NCBI GenBank assembly: GCA_030704615.1 | Contig: CM060731.1 | Location: 12,958,001 to 13,022,000, forward strand | Source of the DNA: Takakia lepidozioides | Taxonomy: Eukaryota > Plantae > Bryophyta | DNA: 64,000 nucleotides | Direction of reading: 5' to 3' | Made by a program: the position numbers and the translations under genes | Shown here: one piece after another, positions 49,581 to 63,120 of the stretch | Position numbering within the stretch: the first letter of the stretch is position 1 | Layout: the number at the start of each line of letters is the position of its first letter | Notes under the pieces: generated by a model | The model's input: only the letters and a program-made list of their open reading frames with translations | Told to the model about the DNA's origin: nothing | Database searches by the model: none

Positions 49581-52500
49581 AGAGCCCCGCAATCTGAGTA
49601 TTTTAATCAAACCATTCACACCACACTCAACTTGACCTAATGCCATGAGACCCCTAGTACATGCGCCTGTGAAGTCACCAACAATGAGCATTATCAGAAA
49701 TATTCTTCTGAGAATAGATTGTTTGTAGAAAACTTGACAAATACAGGGTGGGGGGAGAGTGACAGAATGCCAGTGAGGACTTATGCAAGCCACTAACCTG
49801 TTATTGCGTAACATTCAGGTCTTGTTGGATTGAGAGACTGCCCCAAGTTCACCATCTCTGCAAGAAATCAACTAGGATTGAGGTGAGATTAGTAGGAATT
49901 CATCCCTTGGGATCCCTCATCCAACAAGCCAAAAACAAACCAATTTGGCTAATGCATGTGATGTTGCCACTTGGTCAAACCTGGGCAAATCCCCTCTTTC
50001 TCTCAAACACACACACACACACACGTGAAGAAGTCATAGCATGAAACTAAGAGAATTACCTCATCAAAACTTGACCCCTGCTTGTGTGATGAGACAACTT
50101 TGCAACTGGGCAGTGAATCCTGATGTGCCAAGTGCCCAGAAACACTAATTTGTTTTTACACAATTTCATGGAGAACTAAAAAGTTATTCAAAAAATTCTA
50201 AACCCAAAAGCCCAAAACCGGCTTGGTGGGCCTTTAGTAGGGGTCCCAAAGCAAAAGGATTGGTGGTACATTGTATATGTCACATAATGATGTGCAATAT
50301 GTTGTGCACATATATAATGGTGCTTTGCAGGTAACTACCTTTAATGTTTGACTTGAGTGGAGGTTATCAAGTCCGCCAGACATCAGCTAGCTGATGTTAG
50401 AGACTAGTTGGGCTTGTGGACAAACAAAGTTGTGGAGGACCAACCTATACCATCAGTCTTTTCTTAACCATCTCCTGCTCCATCAGCCTGACCATTTCTT
50501 CATACCGTGACTTTGTCTCATCGCTCTACACTTTCAAGCCAAACATCGATAACAGAGATTATGAAATAGTTGGCCACCAAATTAGAGAATGTCGTATCTA
50601 TACCACTTTCATATACATTTTATCTACTATAAAAGGTTGGATTCCCAAGTAGGTGCTATGGTAAGCCTCATTCAAATATATTTTTGGTTTGGTAAGTGTT
50701 GTAACAAAAGTTGCAAAGAAGCACAAAAATTATGAGATCGTAGCGAATTAATATCTTTGATTGATGTAAATCTGGTGTCTCAGCAAAAACTCCAATGACT
50801 TAAAGATGATTTTTTTATGAAGATTGTTGTATTGTGTTTGGAGTTTTTGGACTTTGTCATTCTTTCATAATTTTGTTTACTAGATTTTGTCTAGTCAACA
50901 ATATGTTGGAGACGCTTGTATCTAATCTACAATATAATTGGTTGAACAATATCTTTTAGATGCATAGATTATATGTAACGGTTGTTTATAACACTAATGA
51001 AATGGTACTATGGTCTAACCATTGGAGTGTCCTTGGAGTGTCTAATGGATGTCTTGAAATTCAAGACTGCTGATATAATGAAGCTCATGCGTATTAGGCA
51101 CTTGTACATAATTGCCTCATTTGTGTGCCACCAATGTTCTAAGCTATCATAGGATTACAAGTCATTTCGACTTTCATTTGAGATTCCATCAGTCAGTTTG
51201 TCCTTTTTGTGTTGCTTGAACAAACAATTACATTTTCGCTTGCAAGCAAAACATAATTTTGTGAACCCCCGAATTGATGCTACAAGCAATTCTTGAACAA
51301 CAACCCAGTTAACAATCAACCTTTTCAAATTGAAGTTCAATATTATTTCTAGAGCTAAGCTATACTATGGTTGGGCTAAAACTCAACCTCGTACATTTGG
51401 TCCAATGAATCACTCCCATATATGTGAAGGAGGAGCATGGAGCCATAAGCAAGAAGCACAAGAAGAAGCCGATTGTCGTTCGAGATTGGCCAACTCAGAG
51501 TTACCATCCTGTTTGGGACGAGGGGAACAAGAAGACGGCAATTGCTGTTCGAGATTGGCCAGAGGGTTGCCATCCTGTTGGGGACGAAGCATTAGCCTGT
51601 GGTTGTTTGGGGGATGAGGATGAGGAAGGGACTGTTGATTTTACAGATTTATGGAATTCAGCTTCTATTCGTGTATTTGGATGTTGCAAATACTTAAGAT
51701 ATATCTTTGGGTGTAGAAGCTGGCAATTCAGTCATTATGTGATTGTGCATTGACAACCAATGAAACCGTTTTGGTTTTTGTTACATGTGTATTATTTTGG
51801 GTCGATTTTTTGTTTTAAGGTCTGAATCCAATCCAATCCAATCCGATATCGATCTTGCCATGTTTGAATTCAGCAATAACAGTTTTTTTAAACGTAAACT
51901 CATACAAAGAATGAACGCCATGCAATTCATATAAAGCTTGTTGATAATAATGTATTTGAATTGTTTCAGTGATATCATTGTTTTGAATTTGCAAAGTTTG
52001 CAAGAAATGAGCCATGTTGTCACAACGTCACGATGTAGAGCTTTGGGCATTACGCAATTTTGTATATTCAGTACATTTGACATGTATAAAAATTATCAAT
52101 ATATTGCTGGTGATTGTTTGTTTGATTTTGGAGTTGGAGTGTGGCTGCAATATTGATTATGGATGTACTAAGCTCCCCTTGGTAAATCTGCCGCCGATAG
52201 GTTGATTAGACGGGTGACATGTATCGGTTTTAACCATGTGCAAGGTATTCCACGACTTAATCACAAGCCTTGACATGAAATTATTTTAAGAGAGGACAGA
52301 TAGAGACATGTGGCGCGGTGGGCCTGAAGCGGAGGGCCTGAAGCGGAGGGAAGCGGAGGTAAGCGGAGAGCAGTGTAGGAAGCGAAGAGAGTTGTGCACT
52401 TAAACCCTCCTGCCTCAACACCTCTCCTTGTTGTTAGCGCATGCACATTTTCACATTTTCACAGTAGATCTTTCTTAGTTGTTGTTTGTTGACATTAAAG

Positions 52501-52979
52501 ACATGTCTCACAAGTGGCGCGTTTTTCATTTCAGAAGACGACGGGGTTTTCACACTAATTAACGAACCTACAGCTTTAGATCCTTCAAAGCCTCCAGGGT
52601 ACGTTTTCATTTGCCTTCACTTTTCTTTGCTTTTGTAGATCTAATCAGTTTCTTATTTTATCTGTGTTTGACTATGCAGATGAAATTTGTGTTTTCCTCT
52701 CTTTAGGGCAACCATATTTTTTGAGGAAGATTTGGTGGTGTTCCACTTCCCTTTGCAACAGAGCAGTGGCACACCATAGTGTTGGTGGGATTGTTAAGCC
52801 CTGAGTACTCCGAATACAAACAATGATATTAAAAGAAAAGATATTATTGCAGCTTTAGTTTGAATAGAGCATTGAAAATACAAATAGGAATAAAAAAGAT
52901 AAACTCCCGTGCTAACGAACTAGCAAACGTCTCATTCGGCACAAAGAAGGACCAGAATTTTTGAATAAGGATCAATTGT

Positions 52980-55400
52980 TTGAATGTTTGAAAACTGTAT
53001 CAATTGTAGTTGACACGAATGTTTACTGTGAATTCACAATCATATTGGCGTAGTCAATTTTACCTCGACTACCACATGATGAAGCCACAATTGACATATT
53101 TTCAAAAACGTCGGCTTGAATATGAATATAAATCTCCATGTTTATCAAAAATGTTCATCCAAATTCTAATATGTTAGCTTTGCACGATCTTCAAAGACCT
53201 CATTATATATAGAATCTTGTGTGTCCATAGTGGGCAGGTTTATTTGTAGTTTCACAACAGATGGAGCAAAACGTCCATCATTATGATACCAACGATTTAG
53301 AAGAACATATTGATATAAATGATACTTTTGAAGAGGTCAAAGAAAACCCAACAATAGATATTTTGATTGAAAATATTCTCACTTCTGAACAAATCGAGGT
53401 CTTTCATGATGATATATTATTTATAACTCCTAGACTCTAGTGAACATTTTAATCCATCGGTCTTTTTCAAGACACTTATAGTGAAGAACTTAATTTTCCT
53501 ATTTTATACTTTGGTTTCTAAGACCTAATCAAATTTCTTCTTCTTTTAGTTATCAAACTATAGCACAATGGGAATTGATGCATCAATATCATATTTTTGC
53601 AACTCACACACCAAACTTTTTCTTTAAAGCTGTAAATATTGATTCATGATGTTATATCATCGTAGTGGATTCGTATTCGAAAGGGTAAACTTAAATGTAG
53701 AAAATGAAAAGCAGTTTTAGATAAAGTTGATGTTATCGGAACTAGAATATTTGCATTTGCAAATTTACGGCTACGATCAATCAAACGGATCCATACCCAA
53801 TTTTTTGGCCACCTTGATGTTATTACCACTGGAGATTTTTATCAAGAACAACCAGTACGAGACAAATGGGTTTTCAAAAAGAAAAAGAAAATCCAGATGC
53901 ACTAGGTCTTTAATTAAAGTCTTGCCGTGAGAATATCAAATGTTATGAATTGAATTAAGTCATGCGTCAATCTGATGTACAATTCATTGATATATTAAAT
54001 CGCCTTCAAACACCAACAACAATGCAAGATGACATAATTAATGAAGAATATTGTCGTGCTCCACCCCATGATCCGACATTTTCACATTTATAGTATACAA
54101 ATAAATTAATGCTTGTTCATAGCCAACAAGCATTTGAACAAACTCCTAGATGTGTATATGTCTCTGAGGCTATTGGTAAACACCATGATACATGTTCTGC
54201 TAGTTTTAAACCGCTTAATATTACGTATAATACTGCAAGTTTGTATACAACCATCAAATGTAAAAAAGATAGGTTAATAGAATTATGGTGTGGGAATTAT
54301 GCAGCACATGATGACATTGTTGATGGTGTTGATGGTATATTCAAATATGTCTGAGATGTAACGAACTCCACCCCATTAATCTGGATAAAATTTAACAATC
54401 CAAAATGTAGCCGAGCTACATGTGCAAAAAAAAGATAATCATGTAATTTGAAAATAAATCCGGATAGGACTCCAATTGTACCGATTTTCAAAGAAATCCA
54501 ATTGGGGCCTAATTCATCTCATTTAATTACTATAACACAATTTTCAATTCAATTATCGGTAGAGGTATACATCGTTCACGAGGTTTAACTTTAAATTATT
54601 TAGCTTTTGATCCAATTGGTGTGAACAAACATGGCTTAACTTACACAGCTCTCTCGCGTATCCGACCTAAAGAAAATTTATACATATTGACGCCTTTACA
54701 AATGAAAAACTTTCGTGTTGACAATTGTGTTGTGGATGAAATGCATCATTTTAGTACACTAGCGCGATGTGAACTATCAGTTCCAATGCTACAAACATAC
54801 GTACAATCCCTTGTACTTCTACAAGACGTTTTTATTGACCATAATTTGCGAACATATTCTTTGACTGAAAGACATTTCATAATCTGCAACTTCAAGCATA
54901 GATCATTTCATCGATTCTTCTAAATATTCACATGTGGCTATTTACGCTAGTCATGGTACAATGATATTATATCATAATTATACAATATTATCAACACATG
55001 CCATATTTTTACATCTCGATGTTGAATACATAGCAGCAACTTTCAATGTACAAACAAGAAGAGCTATACATATTGTCGTAGTACATAAACCTCCATTTCT
55101 TTCACTAATTAATTGTTTTATCTTGTTTGCAAACTATTATGGATAAAATCCCTCATTTTTGTCATACCATCCTAATATGAAATTTTACTACAGATATTTT
55201 GCAACATGATTCATCAAACAAATTAAAACAATTCAATCATATTGTACCTCATGGAATTGCTATTCATTGAAGCTACTACAACATGCGGTTCACAATTGGA
55301 TCACATTTGGACAAATGCCCCAAATCAACAATGTGTATCCGGTGTCGCCGAAGCATAGTGGAGCCACCATAAATCTATATTTATGGCTTTCAAACTACCT
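52980..55400 (+). mobile_element. Degenerate Helitron/Helentron-like Rep - Pif1 helicase - AP endonuclease remnant; possible 5' terminus at 50623
   Basis: LFQDTYSEELNFPILYFG; FATHTPNFFFKA; ELWCGNYAAHDDIVDGVDGIF; HGLTYTALSRIR..ENLYIL; IVVVHKPP; GSQLDHIWTN; a|tctactataaaagg at 50623. Confidence 0.75.
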
Positions 55401-55659
55401 AATCATGTATTACGATATCAGCATGCAGCAACTGTACATCAGCCCAACTAACATCCATGTACTCTATATTTTTTAAATTATATATTTTTAATATCTAATT
55501 TACTATTGTATTATTTATGTGTAAAGGTGGAGCGATTAAGCTTGTTAACTATCACTAGCCATCACCAACTTGGGCCCACATCCTCACATGCCCTCATTCT
55601 CCTCACCACACCAGCCGTAAGGCTTGTGGGGCCTCCTCGAGCTCTAACCCTCCTATATA

Positions 55660-56150
55660 TATACCAAAGCTAGCGTAAATAAAAGCCTCTTCCCCCTATG
55701 GGTGCTGCCCCTTTGGGGGGTTGGCTCTGTGGTAACAAGAACCAGTTACTAAGCGGCAAGCTGACCACTTTCAATCTTTCTTTTGTTGAGGATAATGGTT
55801 GTTAGTGAAATGATGGCCGTGAGGTGCAATGTTCGTAATAGGGGGGTGGTATATTTCTGAGGTAGTTTAAGGTTTTCTCTTAGGATTAGACTGTTGTGAT
55901 AGTGAGCTCCCCCTTTGACACCAGCGGTGATGATTGTCATAGGGACAGTGTTCCATCCGTATTGACGGAGGGCTAGAACTAGGGGTTCATATTTTTCACG
56001 TTTGAACATAATCGATTGATCGGGATCTCTGTCATGACAGAAGGAGGGTTGTGGGCGTGTTGGTGCTGCCAACAAGAGGGGGTCCTTGCACCTATGCAGG
56101 TCTTGGGGCGGGCTCATGGCTATACATGATGCCCTAAAAGCCCTGCCATA
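55660..56150 (-). mobile_element. 3' fragment of a non-LTR retrotransposon with a restriction-like endonuclease (RLE) domain and structured 3' UTR
   Basis: FCHDRDPDQSIMFKREKYEPLVLALRQYGW...IITAGVKG (K..KY motif); 3' end shared with 63121-63180. Confidence 0.7.
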
Positions 56151-56609
56151 CCAATCTGGTTGGACTTTACATATAGCCTCGTTTCCTACCTAAAACATTA
56201 AGGTCCAAGCTACTTATCATATTAAGGGAATAAGTGAGTGTGTAGTAAAGATAAGACTACCTAATTGTAATGTTTCAAGCTATTTTTAGTAATAAAGTAA
56301 TAAGTGAATGCATAGTCAAGACAATATTATTTACTTATAATGTCCAAGCTAGTTAAAGTAGTTGTAGACCCAAATGAATGCTTAGTCCTAATAATAATAT
56401 TAAGGTCCAAACTACTTTTAGCATTAAAATACTTTTATTGTTAAGGTAGTTGTAGACCCAAATAAATGTCTAATCCTACCGAAGTTATTTTTTATATTAA
56501 GTAGTGTAGACCCAATACTTCTTGTTAAGGTCGAAGTTACTTTTAGCATTCAGGTAGTTGTTGGCTGTAGACCCAAGTGAATACATAGTCCTTGCATGGC
56601 CCAATAAAG

Positions 56610-57745
56610 GATAAAGTTTCTTTAACGTCCAGTGAATTTAAAGAGGAAAACTAATTAAAACCCCTGGATTATTTTATTTTAAAATGTGACTCTTGATCCA
56701 AACGGGCAGGTCTCAAAGATACATAAGCAGTTTCAACCCTGGATATTAGTTAACATTAGGAAGTAAGGAAAAAATAAATATCAGAAAGAGTTAACATTCT
56801 AACATATAGGGAGGGTGAAGTTAGTCAATCATATTCGCAGGTAATATCTAGAGAAGGAATCACACACTTATGAAGGTTTACAGGGAAAAATATAGAACCA
56901 TACTTTACTGATGAAGATAGTTTGAAATACAGCTCTGTCAACTGCCTTTGATCTACTTGCTCATGCTCTCATTTTCAGCTGAAACTGATTTGTTGACCAA
57001 ATTTGATCAATGCTTGCTGTCATAAGAAAAAGATTGAATGTTACACAAGTCGTAAGGCCCATTGAAACAAGTGTGGGTTCAAACAAACCACCAAATGGGT
57101 TTATGCTGTTGTAGGGGATCGCCCAGATGAACGGCTTTATCCCTCATCTAAATGCAGTAAAAATTGAGACTTATCTGTAGATTATTAAGTGGTCAAATTC
57201 AACAAAGTATTCATATGTGGCATCTTGTGAGATTTGACGTGAAATGGTTACTGTGGGTGCAGGAGGTAGGTGGCCACCAACTGCTTCATTTGGCTAAGTT
57301 ACTTAACTTTATGATTTTGTCACCAGAGAGGTCAGATTTTCCCAAACAAGTCAAACATGAGCTGGGTGTAAGGGTTCAAAGATAGAATATGATGACAGTA
57401 GGGTGGTGGGTGGCCACTAACTTATTTTGCACATTCATGGCACCATGTTTATATATACAATTAGGGTTAAGTTTTTCTTGAGGAAATGATAATAAAAGGG
57501 GGAACAAGGCCCTGTTACTCAAATTAAATAATGGACTGGAAAAAATATCCCCTTAAAAAAAGCCATTAAGGGGATACCACCCGGTAGCCAAATATCGTAC
57601 CAAAGAGAAAGAGTGCCAGCAGGAGTCCAAGTACTAAGTTAAGTTAACATTTATAAGGCAGATTCCTGAAGTCGGAGTAGCAATTTTTTAGCAGTTAACT
57701 GTCACTTTTTTTTGTTTTCTGTTTTTGTGTCACATTGCCTTTGCT
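56610..57745. repeat. Old dispersed duplication, copy 2 of 4265-5452
   Basis: Same collinear blocks in the same orientation, with insertions. Confidence 0.75.
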
Positions 57746-58489
57746 TCAAGGAGTTAGAAGAATAATAATAGAGAGGGTTAACACTTGACACTTTACAGAG
57801 GTAACTAATAATAAAAGATACCAATACCGGAACCCACAACAGTGGAGTTCAGTGGTACTAGCTTTGTGCAGCTGAGAGGGTTTCGTGTCATGGGCTTGTT
57901 TGGCGGCATCCAACTTCTGCTCGATACGGCATACGTACCTGTTTCTGGTTTGTGGGGAGAAACAGAAGATGCCAGAAAGACCAGCATATTGATTTTCCCA
58001 CCAGTATGCGCAACCACCTTTTGAAAGCGGGCTCCGCATAATTCACCTGTGGATGTTGCCGAATGAGTACATATAAGTGAACATGAACTGGGAATTCTGT
58101 TGAATTCCCTCTTACCAAAGCATGCTGTGCGACTGCACTAACTTATCAGGCTGACGATTAGTCCCTTCGAAATCTCTCATCATCGAGGACTCTCTGGTAA
58201 TCTACCTCTCCATGCCTTCCCTCTGTTGTCCTCATCATGCATGTGGCTCCTTGAACTTTGAGGGCCACTTTCCCTCTTCCAGTATGTACTTATACCCCAA
58301 ATGGAGCTCCATTAGCTTCAACTAAGTCTGCCCTCGAAGCTGCTTGCTGCTGTAGCTGCTTTGTACCCGTGAACAAGAAAAAACAAGGACTCCCCAGTTG
58401 TCTACAATAACAGCTGCCAATAAAAGCGGGCGTAACATCGAGCTGTGTGCCCGTTCCATTATTTCTGCTTGGAAGCAAAGGTGTTAATA

Positions 58490-58810
58490 GGCATCCACGC
58501 ACTAGTTCTCATCAATAGACAAACTGGAGAGCACATCTCATATCACGATCACAAGACCATTTTCTGTCGCGACTCGCTGCCATCCGTCCCCCTCAACGTG
58601 CTGGCCCGCGCTGCGCCGTGGGCGACCGTCGGCACTGTCCCACACACTGACGGGATACTTAACTTATTAGTACCGGGCTGCCCGCCCCCACCTGCCCGTT
58701 GCGCCACGTCCTCTACGCCACGCTGGCGCCCAAGCCGTCCTGCGGGACCGCCCTGCTGCCCGTCCCTCTGCGCCACGCGGGCCACAAGCTACGGGCAGTG
58801 ACACTAGGAC
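58490..58810 (+). repeat. GC-rich cluster of short hairpins followed by CTAG/TTAG; possibly stacked Helitron 3' termini
   Basis: ggcccgcgctgcgccgtgggc; gcccgt...acgggcagtgacactag. Confidence 0.3.
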
Positions 58811-58959
58811 CTATGCTGCGGGACCCGCTGCCCCATACTTACTACAAGTATATGGCTCAATCTGAGGCCACAGGCCACCGTATAAGAAGATAGAAGATAC
58901 ACCGCTATTGCCGTACCGATATTACAAGTGTTTATTTTTTTGGTTTAATATGTACTATA

Positions 58960-59430
58960 GAAGGCGCCGGGCAGCATCATTCTCTCGGTTCTCCGCCCGT
59001 CCTTGAATTCTGGCGAAGAGGCAGCTTACCGCTGCCCGGCGCCTTCAATGGCTGGGATGGAATTTTCTGCGGTTGTCTTTTCTGGAAGTCATTCTGCATA
59101 CATAAAGCACTTTGAGATTTTTCTCTTTGTTCTCTTCATTAATATCTGCTCCTCCCAGAGCAGAATAGCCTGATTGGCGAGGGAGGGCAATACGCAACGG
59201 TGGAATGACCCTTGAAACACGGGAGGGCAATACACGAAGGTGGAACGCCCCTGAATTGCAGGAGCGTGGAATGCACCGTGAAATCTCCACGTGCTTTATG
59301 CAGGGGAAGGCCTCTCGGGTAGGGGTTCCTGGATGCCCTTAAATCAAGAAACCCCCTCCCCTCGAGACCTTCCCCTACACAGAATGGCGAGTTTGTGATC
59401 CGGAAGCCATTCTGCATGCAGAATGGTGCG
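58960..59430 (-). other. Cluster of strong hairpins (candidate structured RNA or element terminus)
   Basis: Perfect 16-bp IR gaaggcgccgggcagc/gctgcccggcgccttc (58960-59046); ~35-bp imperfect stem 59299-59379; palindrome ccattctgcatgcagaatgg. Confidence 0.45.
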
Positions 59431-60999
59431 AGTGGCACGGACGCGGCCTGATTTATGGCTTGAGAATCCTCAGCGTTTGGGGCAGAAAATGCCACCCCAG
59501 ACCTTACCGTGTATATTGAAGTATATATGAAACTAACTATTGTGCTTATAGCGTGTTTTTTTTAATTATTTTTAAAGGGAAACACCTGGGAGCGAGAGCT
59601 CACAAATCAGGAGCGTGTTCACATTCTAGTGAATATAGTGAATTTTAGTGTGAACATTTGATGAATATAGTGAATGTGAATGTGCAAAAATGAATATAAC
59701 ATACCTAGTCATGAAAAATTATTCAGAAATGACCTACAAAAATAAAAGATATGGACACATTTTTTCTTTTTTAAAACTATCTTAATGTATCATTAATAAA
59801 AAAAATTAAAAACCTTTAAAAAAAACTTGAGATATCTGAGTGATATGATTATTATTTAAAATGAACTTGATATACATGGAAGATAATAGAAATGAGGTAA
59901 GAGCTTAATGCACATGTGCAACCTCTAACAGGTACGCCACTTTGCATAATGTCAAAATCTTCCCCACCTCTCTTGAGAGCGACATGGAATTGAAGGAGCG
60001 TAAACTCCAGTTGGGGTTACGCTGGGTTACACAATGGAGTGTAATTCCACTCGGGGGTTACGCGGAATGGTGTAACTCACACTTGGTCTCGAAATTTGAC
60101 TGTCCAAATTTGGCTAAGTATAAAATGGACTAATAAGAGTTAAATGAGAGACTGAGATTACAGATGGATACACCGATTGGGATATCAGTACCTGGGTTAC
60201 ACTAAAATAGCCTCTCATCACGGATCCAACTCAGAGCCTCACTGCCTACACTGCAATCACCTTACCAACTTGGATTCTTAAGTATTTAATAGTGAAACCG
60301 ATGTAAGAGGGGGTGGGGAGGATTTGACAAAGCCCCCGCCCCCAGGAGCCGAGGGTGCCGGAATCTGGCAAAAGTACTATCAGATGGCACGAGTGCATTA
60401 AGTTCTTACCTCATTCCGATATACATGAGTAATTTTATATATGAGTAATATCTTTATATCTTATTTATGTACTGTTCAACAAGTTGTGTTTAGTTTTCAA
60501 ATGACATTTAATAGCTATGGAAGAGAGACATTTTGTTTTGATGTGTATGATTGTTTACATGTACATTAGATTATTGATGCAACAGGTGCTACTAGTAGAT
60601 AGAATTAATGACCATTAGATATTCGTTAGATATTGATGCAATATATGCCACTAATAGATAGAAATTAATGACCATATATACATGTACTCTTGAAATTTTA
60701 ACAACAATATATAGCTGACATGACTCATCCACTTGTGTCCATTATCAACTTAACCCTTAAGGGCCCGCCATTGGGCAAATTTCAGCCCCCACAAAAGTAA
60801 CCTATGGTGAGTTAATTGAGGCTACACACCTACCATATTAGTTCCAAGAAGTTGAACCTTACCATATTCACCTTGCCTACCATGTATATCCGCCCAGCAA
60901 ATTGTGGTGAACAAGAGAGATTTTAGTGTTTTAGTGGGGGATTTTCTTGTTTTTGGATTTTGCAAAGAGAGAGAGAAGACTCCGGCCGACGCCGGCCTA

Positions 61000-61790
61000 A
61001 CTAAAAGTCACTTCGCCTCACGGCTACTGCCCCCTTTTGGGGGTGGGCCCTATAAAGACAAGAGGCTGAGCCTGCAGATGCCCTGCCAAGGGGGCACCGG
61101 GTAACCTAGGGCATGGGTGTAGGGAACCGAGGGGAGGGTGGATTCAAGTTTCTGTTTATTAGTGATAATAATTGTAGCGGAATGCCGTGAGGTGGATAAC
61201 CTTGAAGCATTTATGAATAATAATATTTGACGTCTCCCAAAAGCAGCGTAAATTATGGTGTCTCTTCACCCCGAAGGGTTATTGCCTTCCGCTATGAAGG
61301 TGGACACCTTTGTGACACCAAGGGGTGGATTGAACCCACAGCCATTTCCGAGGTAGTATGTGCTCATTACCACTGGGCTACAACTTGGTTGTCAGCATTT
61401 ATGAATGGGAGAGAGAGGGATATTAAAGTTTTTGCGTAGTGCGGTAATACTGGCATTGGGAATTCCACGTCTAGTATCAGCACTGAGGACGGTTAGTGGG
61501 CCGGTGTTCCAGTCTTGTTGGTAGATTGCGAGGATGAGCGGGGCGGATTTCTATCGTTTGAGGTAACGATCATGGCAATATATAAATTCGACAAAGTGGA
61601 CGGTGAGGTTTGGGGACGGAGCAGAGGGGAGTTTTTGGCCGATAAGCCGTGGATAAGCAAGATGTCTAGGCAGAGTCTGATTGGGCAGGTACAGGGCGAA
61701 TGGAAAATACAGGGAAGTAGCCATGGTAGGACAATATGATCTGGGGTCTACCCTGGTAGGTACCTATGTTTCCACGGAGATAGAATATAA
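61000..61790 (-). mobile_element. Second, more decayed RLE-type non-LTR retrotransposon 3' fragment
   Basis: LPWLLPC..CTCPIRLCLDILL; KVIHLTAFRYNYITNKQKLES aligns with RTLHLTAIISLTTIILNKRKIES at ~55770-55840; similar ccccaaaaggggg hairpin in the 3' UTR. Confidence 0.65.
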
Positions 61791-62504
61791 ACTTTAAAGT
61801 ACAGACAGAGGGTTCCTACACGTGAATAGACACCCATAACGTATATCTAAAAACTCCAAGTTCCAAATATTTACAGGTTAAATTGGTAACCTACAAAAGA
61901 ATAACAAAGTAGGGAAAAACAAAGTTATAATAATCAACACCATCCAAAACACACAAATACCAAAGAATAATTGAACAATTTAATATAATGAGACAAACAA
62001 TGGGTTTCGCAAGTGAAATTTCAAGGTATCGTTACATAGGTCATTATCCAATGGTTTGTGCACAAAACAAAATGAGTTATGGTTTTGCATATAAGGGACG
62101 ACGTGAGGTTGTTTTATTTCGCTAACGAATTGTACGTGCTAATTGCGGTAGGTCATTACCCATGCTTTTGTGGGCGAAACAAAATGAATTGTGTCTAGTT
62201 TCCCACATTAGTGATTGCTACAAGCGTCGACATCACCGATTAAATTTGCAACTATTAATCAACGAAAATTGTTGATGGAGATGGCACTGACAGGAAATTC
62301 CCTACGCGCCAACTTCATTGCTTGTGCTCACGTGAGCAAAAATTTCCAAATGTTTCACATTTCGCTTGGTGTGAGCACGATTTAGTTTCGTTGAAGTATT
62401 TTCTTGAGAATATTCTTGGAATATTTGGCATATCCTCTCCGGCGCACTGAGGCGTGAGCTTGCGCACATGCTACCCAACCTCTTGCCCATTTCGAGGGTG
62501 GGCT

Positions 62505-62640
62505 TAGCAAGCTACTAGGTAGGCTCGCACCCGAGAAAAATTAGATTAATATCATGAGACTCGATGAACCTTGTATCAGATATTAAACTGATAAGAACAA
62601 ATACTACCCTTGATCTTAGCCGAAAGGCCGAGAAAGGTAT
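62505..62640 (-). ncRNA. U2: U2 snRNA-derived sequence, 3'-truncated and divergent (probable pseudogene)
   Basis: ataccTTTCTCGGCCTTTcGGCTAAGATCAAGgGTAGTATtTGTTCTTATCAGTTTAATATCTGAT; Sm-like aattttt; tagcttgcta loop III; no recognisable loop IV and no clear USE/TATA upstream. Confidence 0.88.
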
Positions 62641-63120
62641 CTAGGGGGTCAAAATGATCTCCATAGCTTAGCAATTCAAGAAGAGCCCATTGCAAAAATC
62701 AACTCATTTGTAGTTAGATGTTTCACTCAATCCCCGCGGCGAGGGTCTGGAATACACTCTAATAGTGAGTCTAGTAAAAACAAACTATAAATCCAATAAT
62801 AGAATTTACAAGAGAGGGCTCCACTATGGGTCAATTGTAATCACAACGTAGACAGTCAACTCTGCATGGGCCTTCTTGCAATACTGATCCAATTACTGAT
62901 TTCATGACCCCCGGGTTTTCTAGAAAAAACTATAGGTCGGATCATTCATTAAAATTTGTTGCTTTCAATGTGAGAGGGTGGGCCATGCTGTCAGAAAATC
63001 AATTGCAGTTGGAACCATCAAAAAATATTTACATCTGCAAAATACACATAGGAAAATCTACTTCATTAAGACCCGAAACAGGTCTAATGGGCCCTTAGGG
63101 CTTAAGATGTATATTTTCCA

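Noticed and set aside
59010-59030. Partial resemblance to miR408 (CUGCCUCUUC)
   Set aside because: Only a ~10-nt match, and it lies in the loop rather than a stem arm.
61000-62640. U2-targeting (Utopia-like) retrotransposon insertion
   Set aside because: The RLE fragment is ~700 bp from the U2 sequence, the U2 5' region is uninterrupted, and no U2 remainder flanks the element's 3' end.
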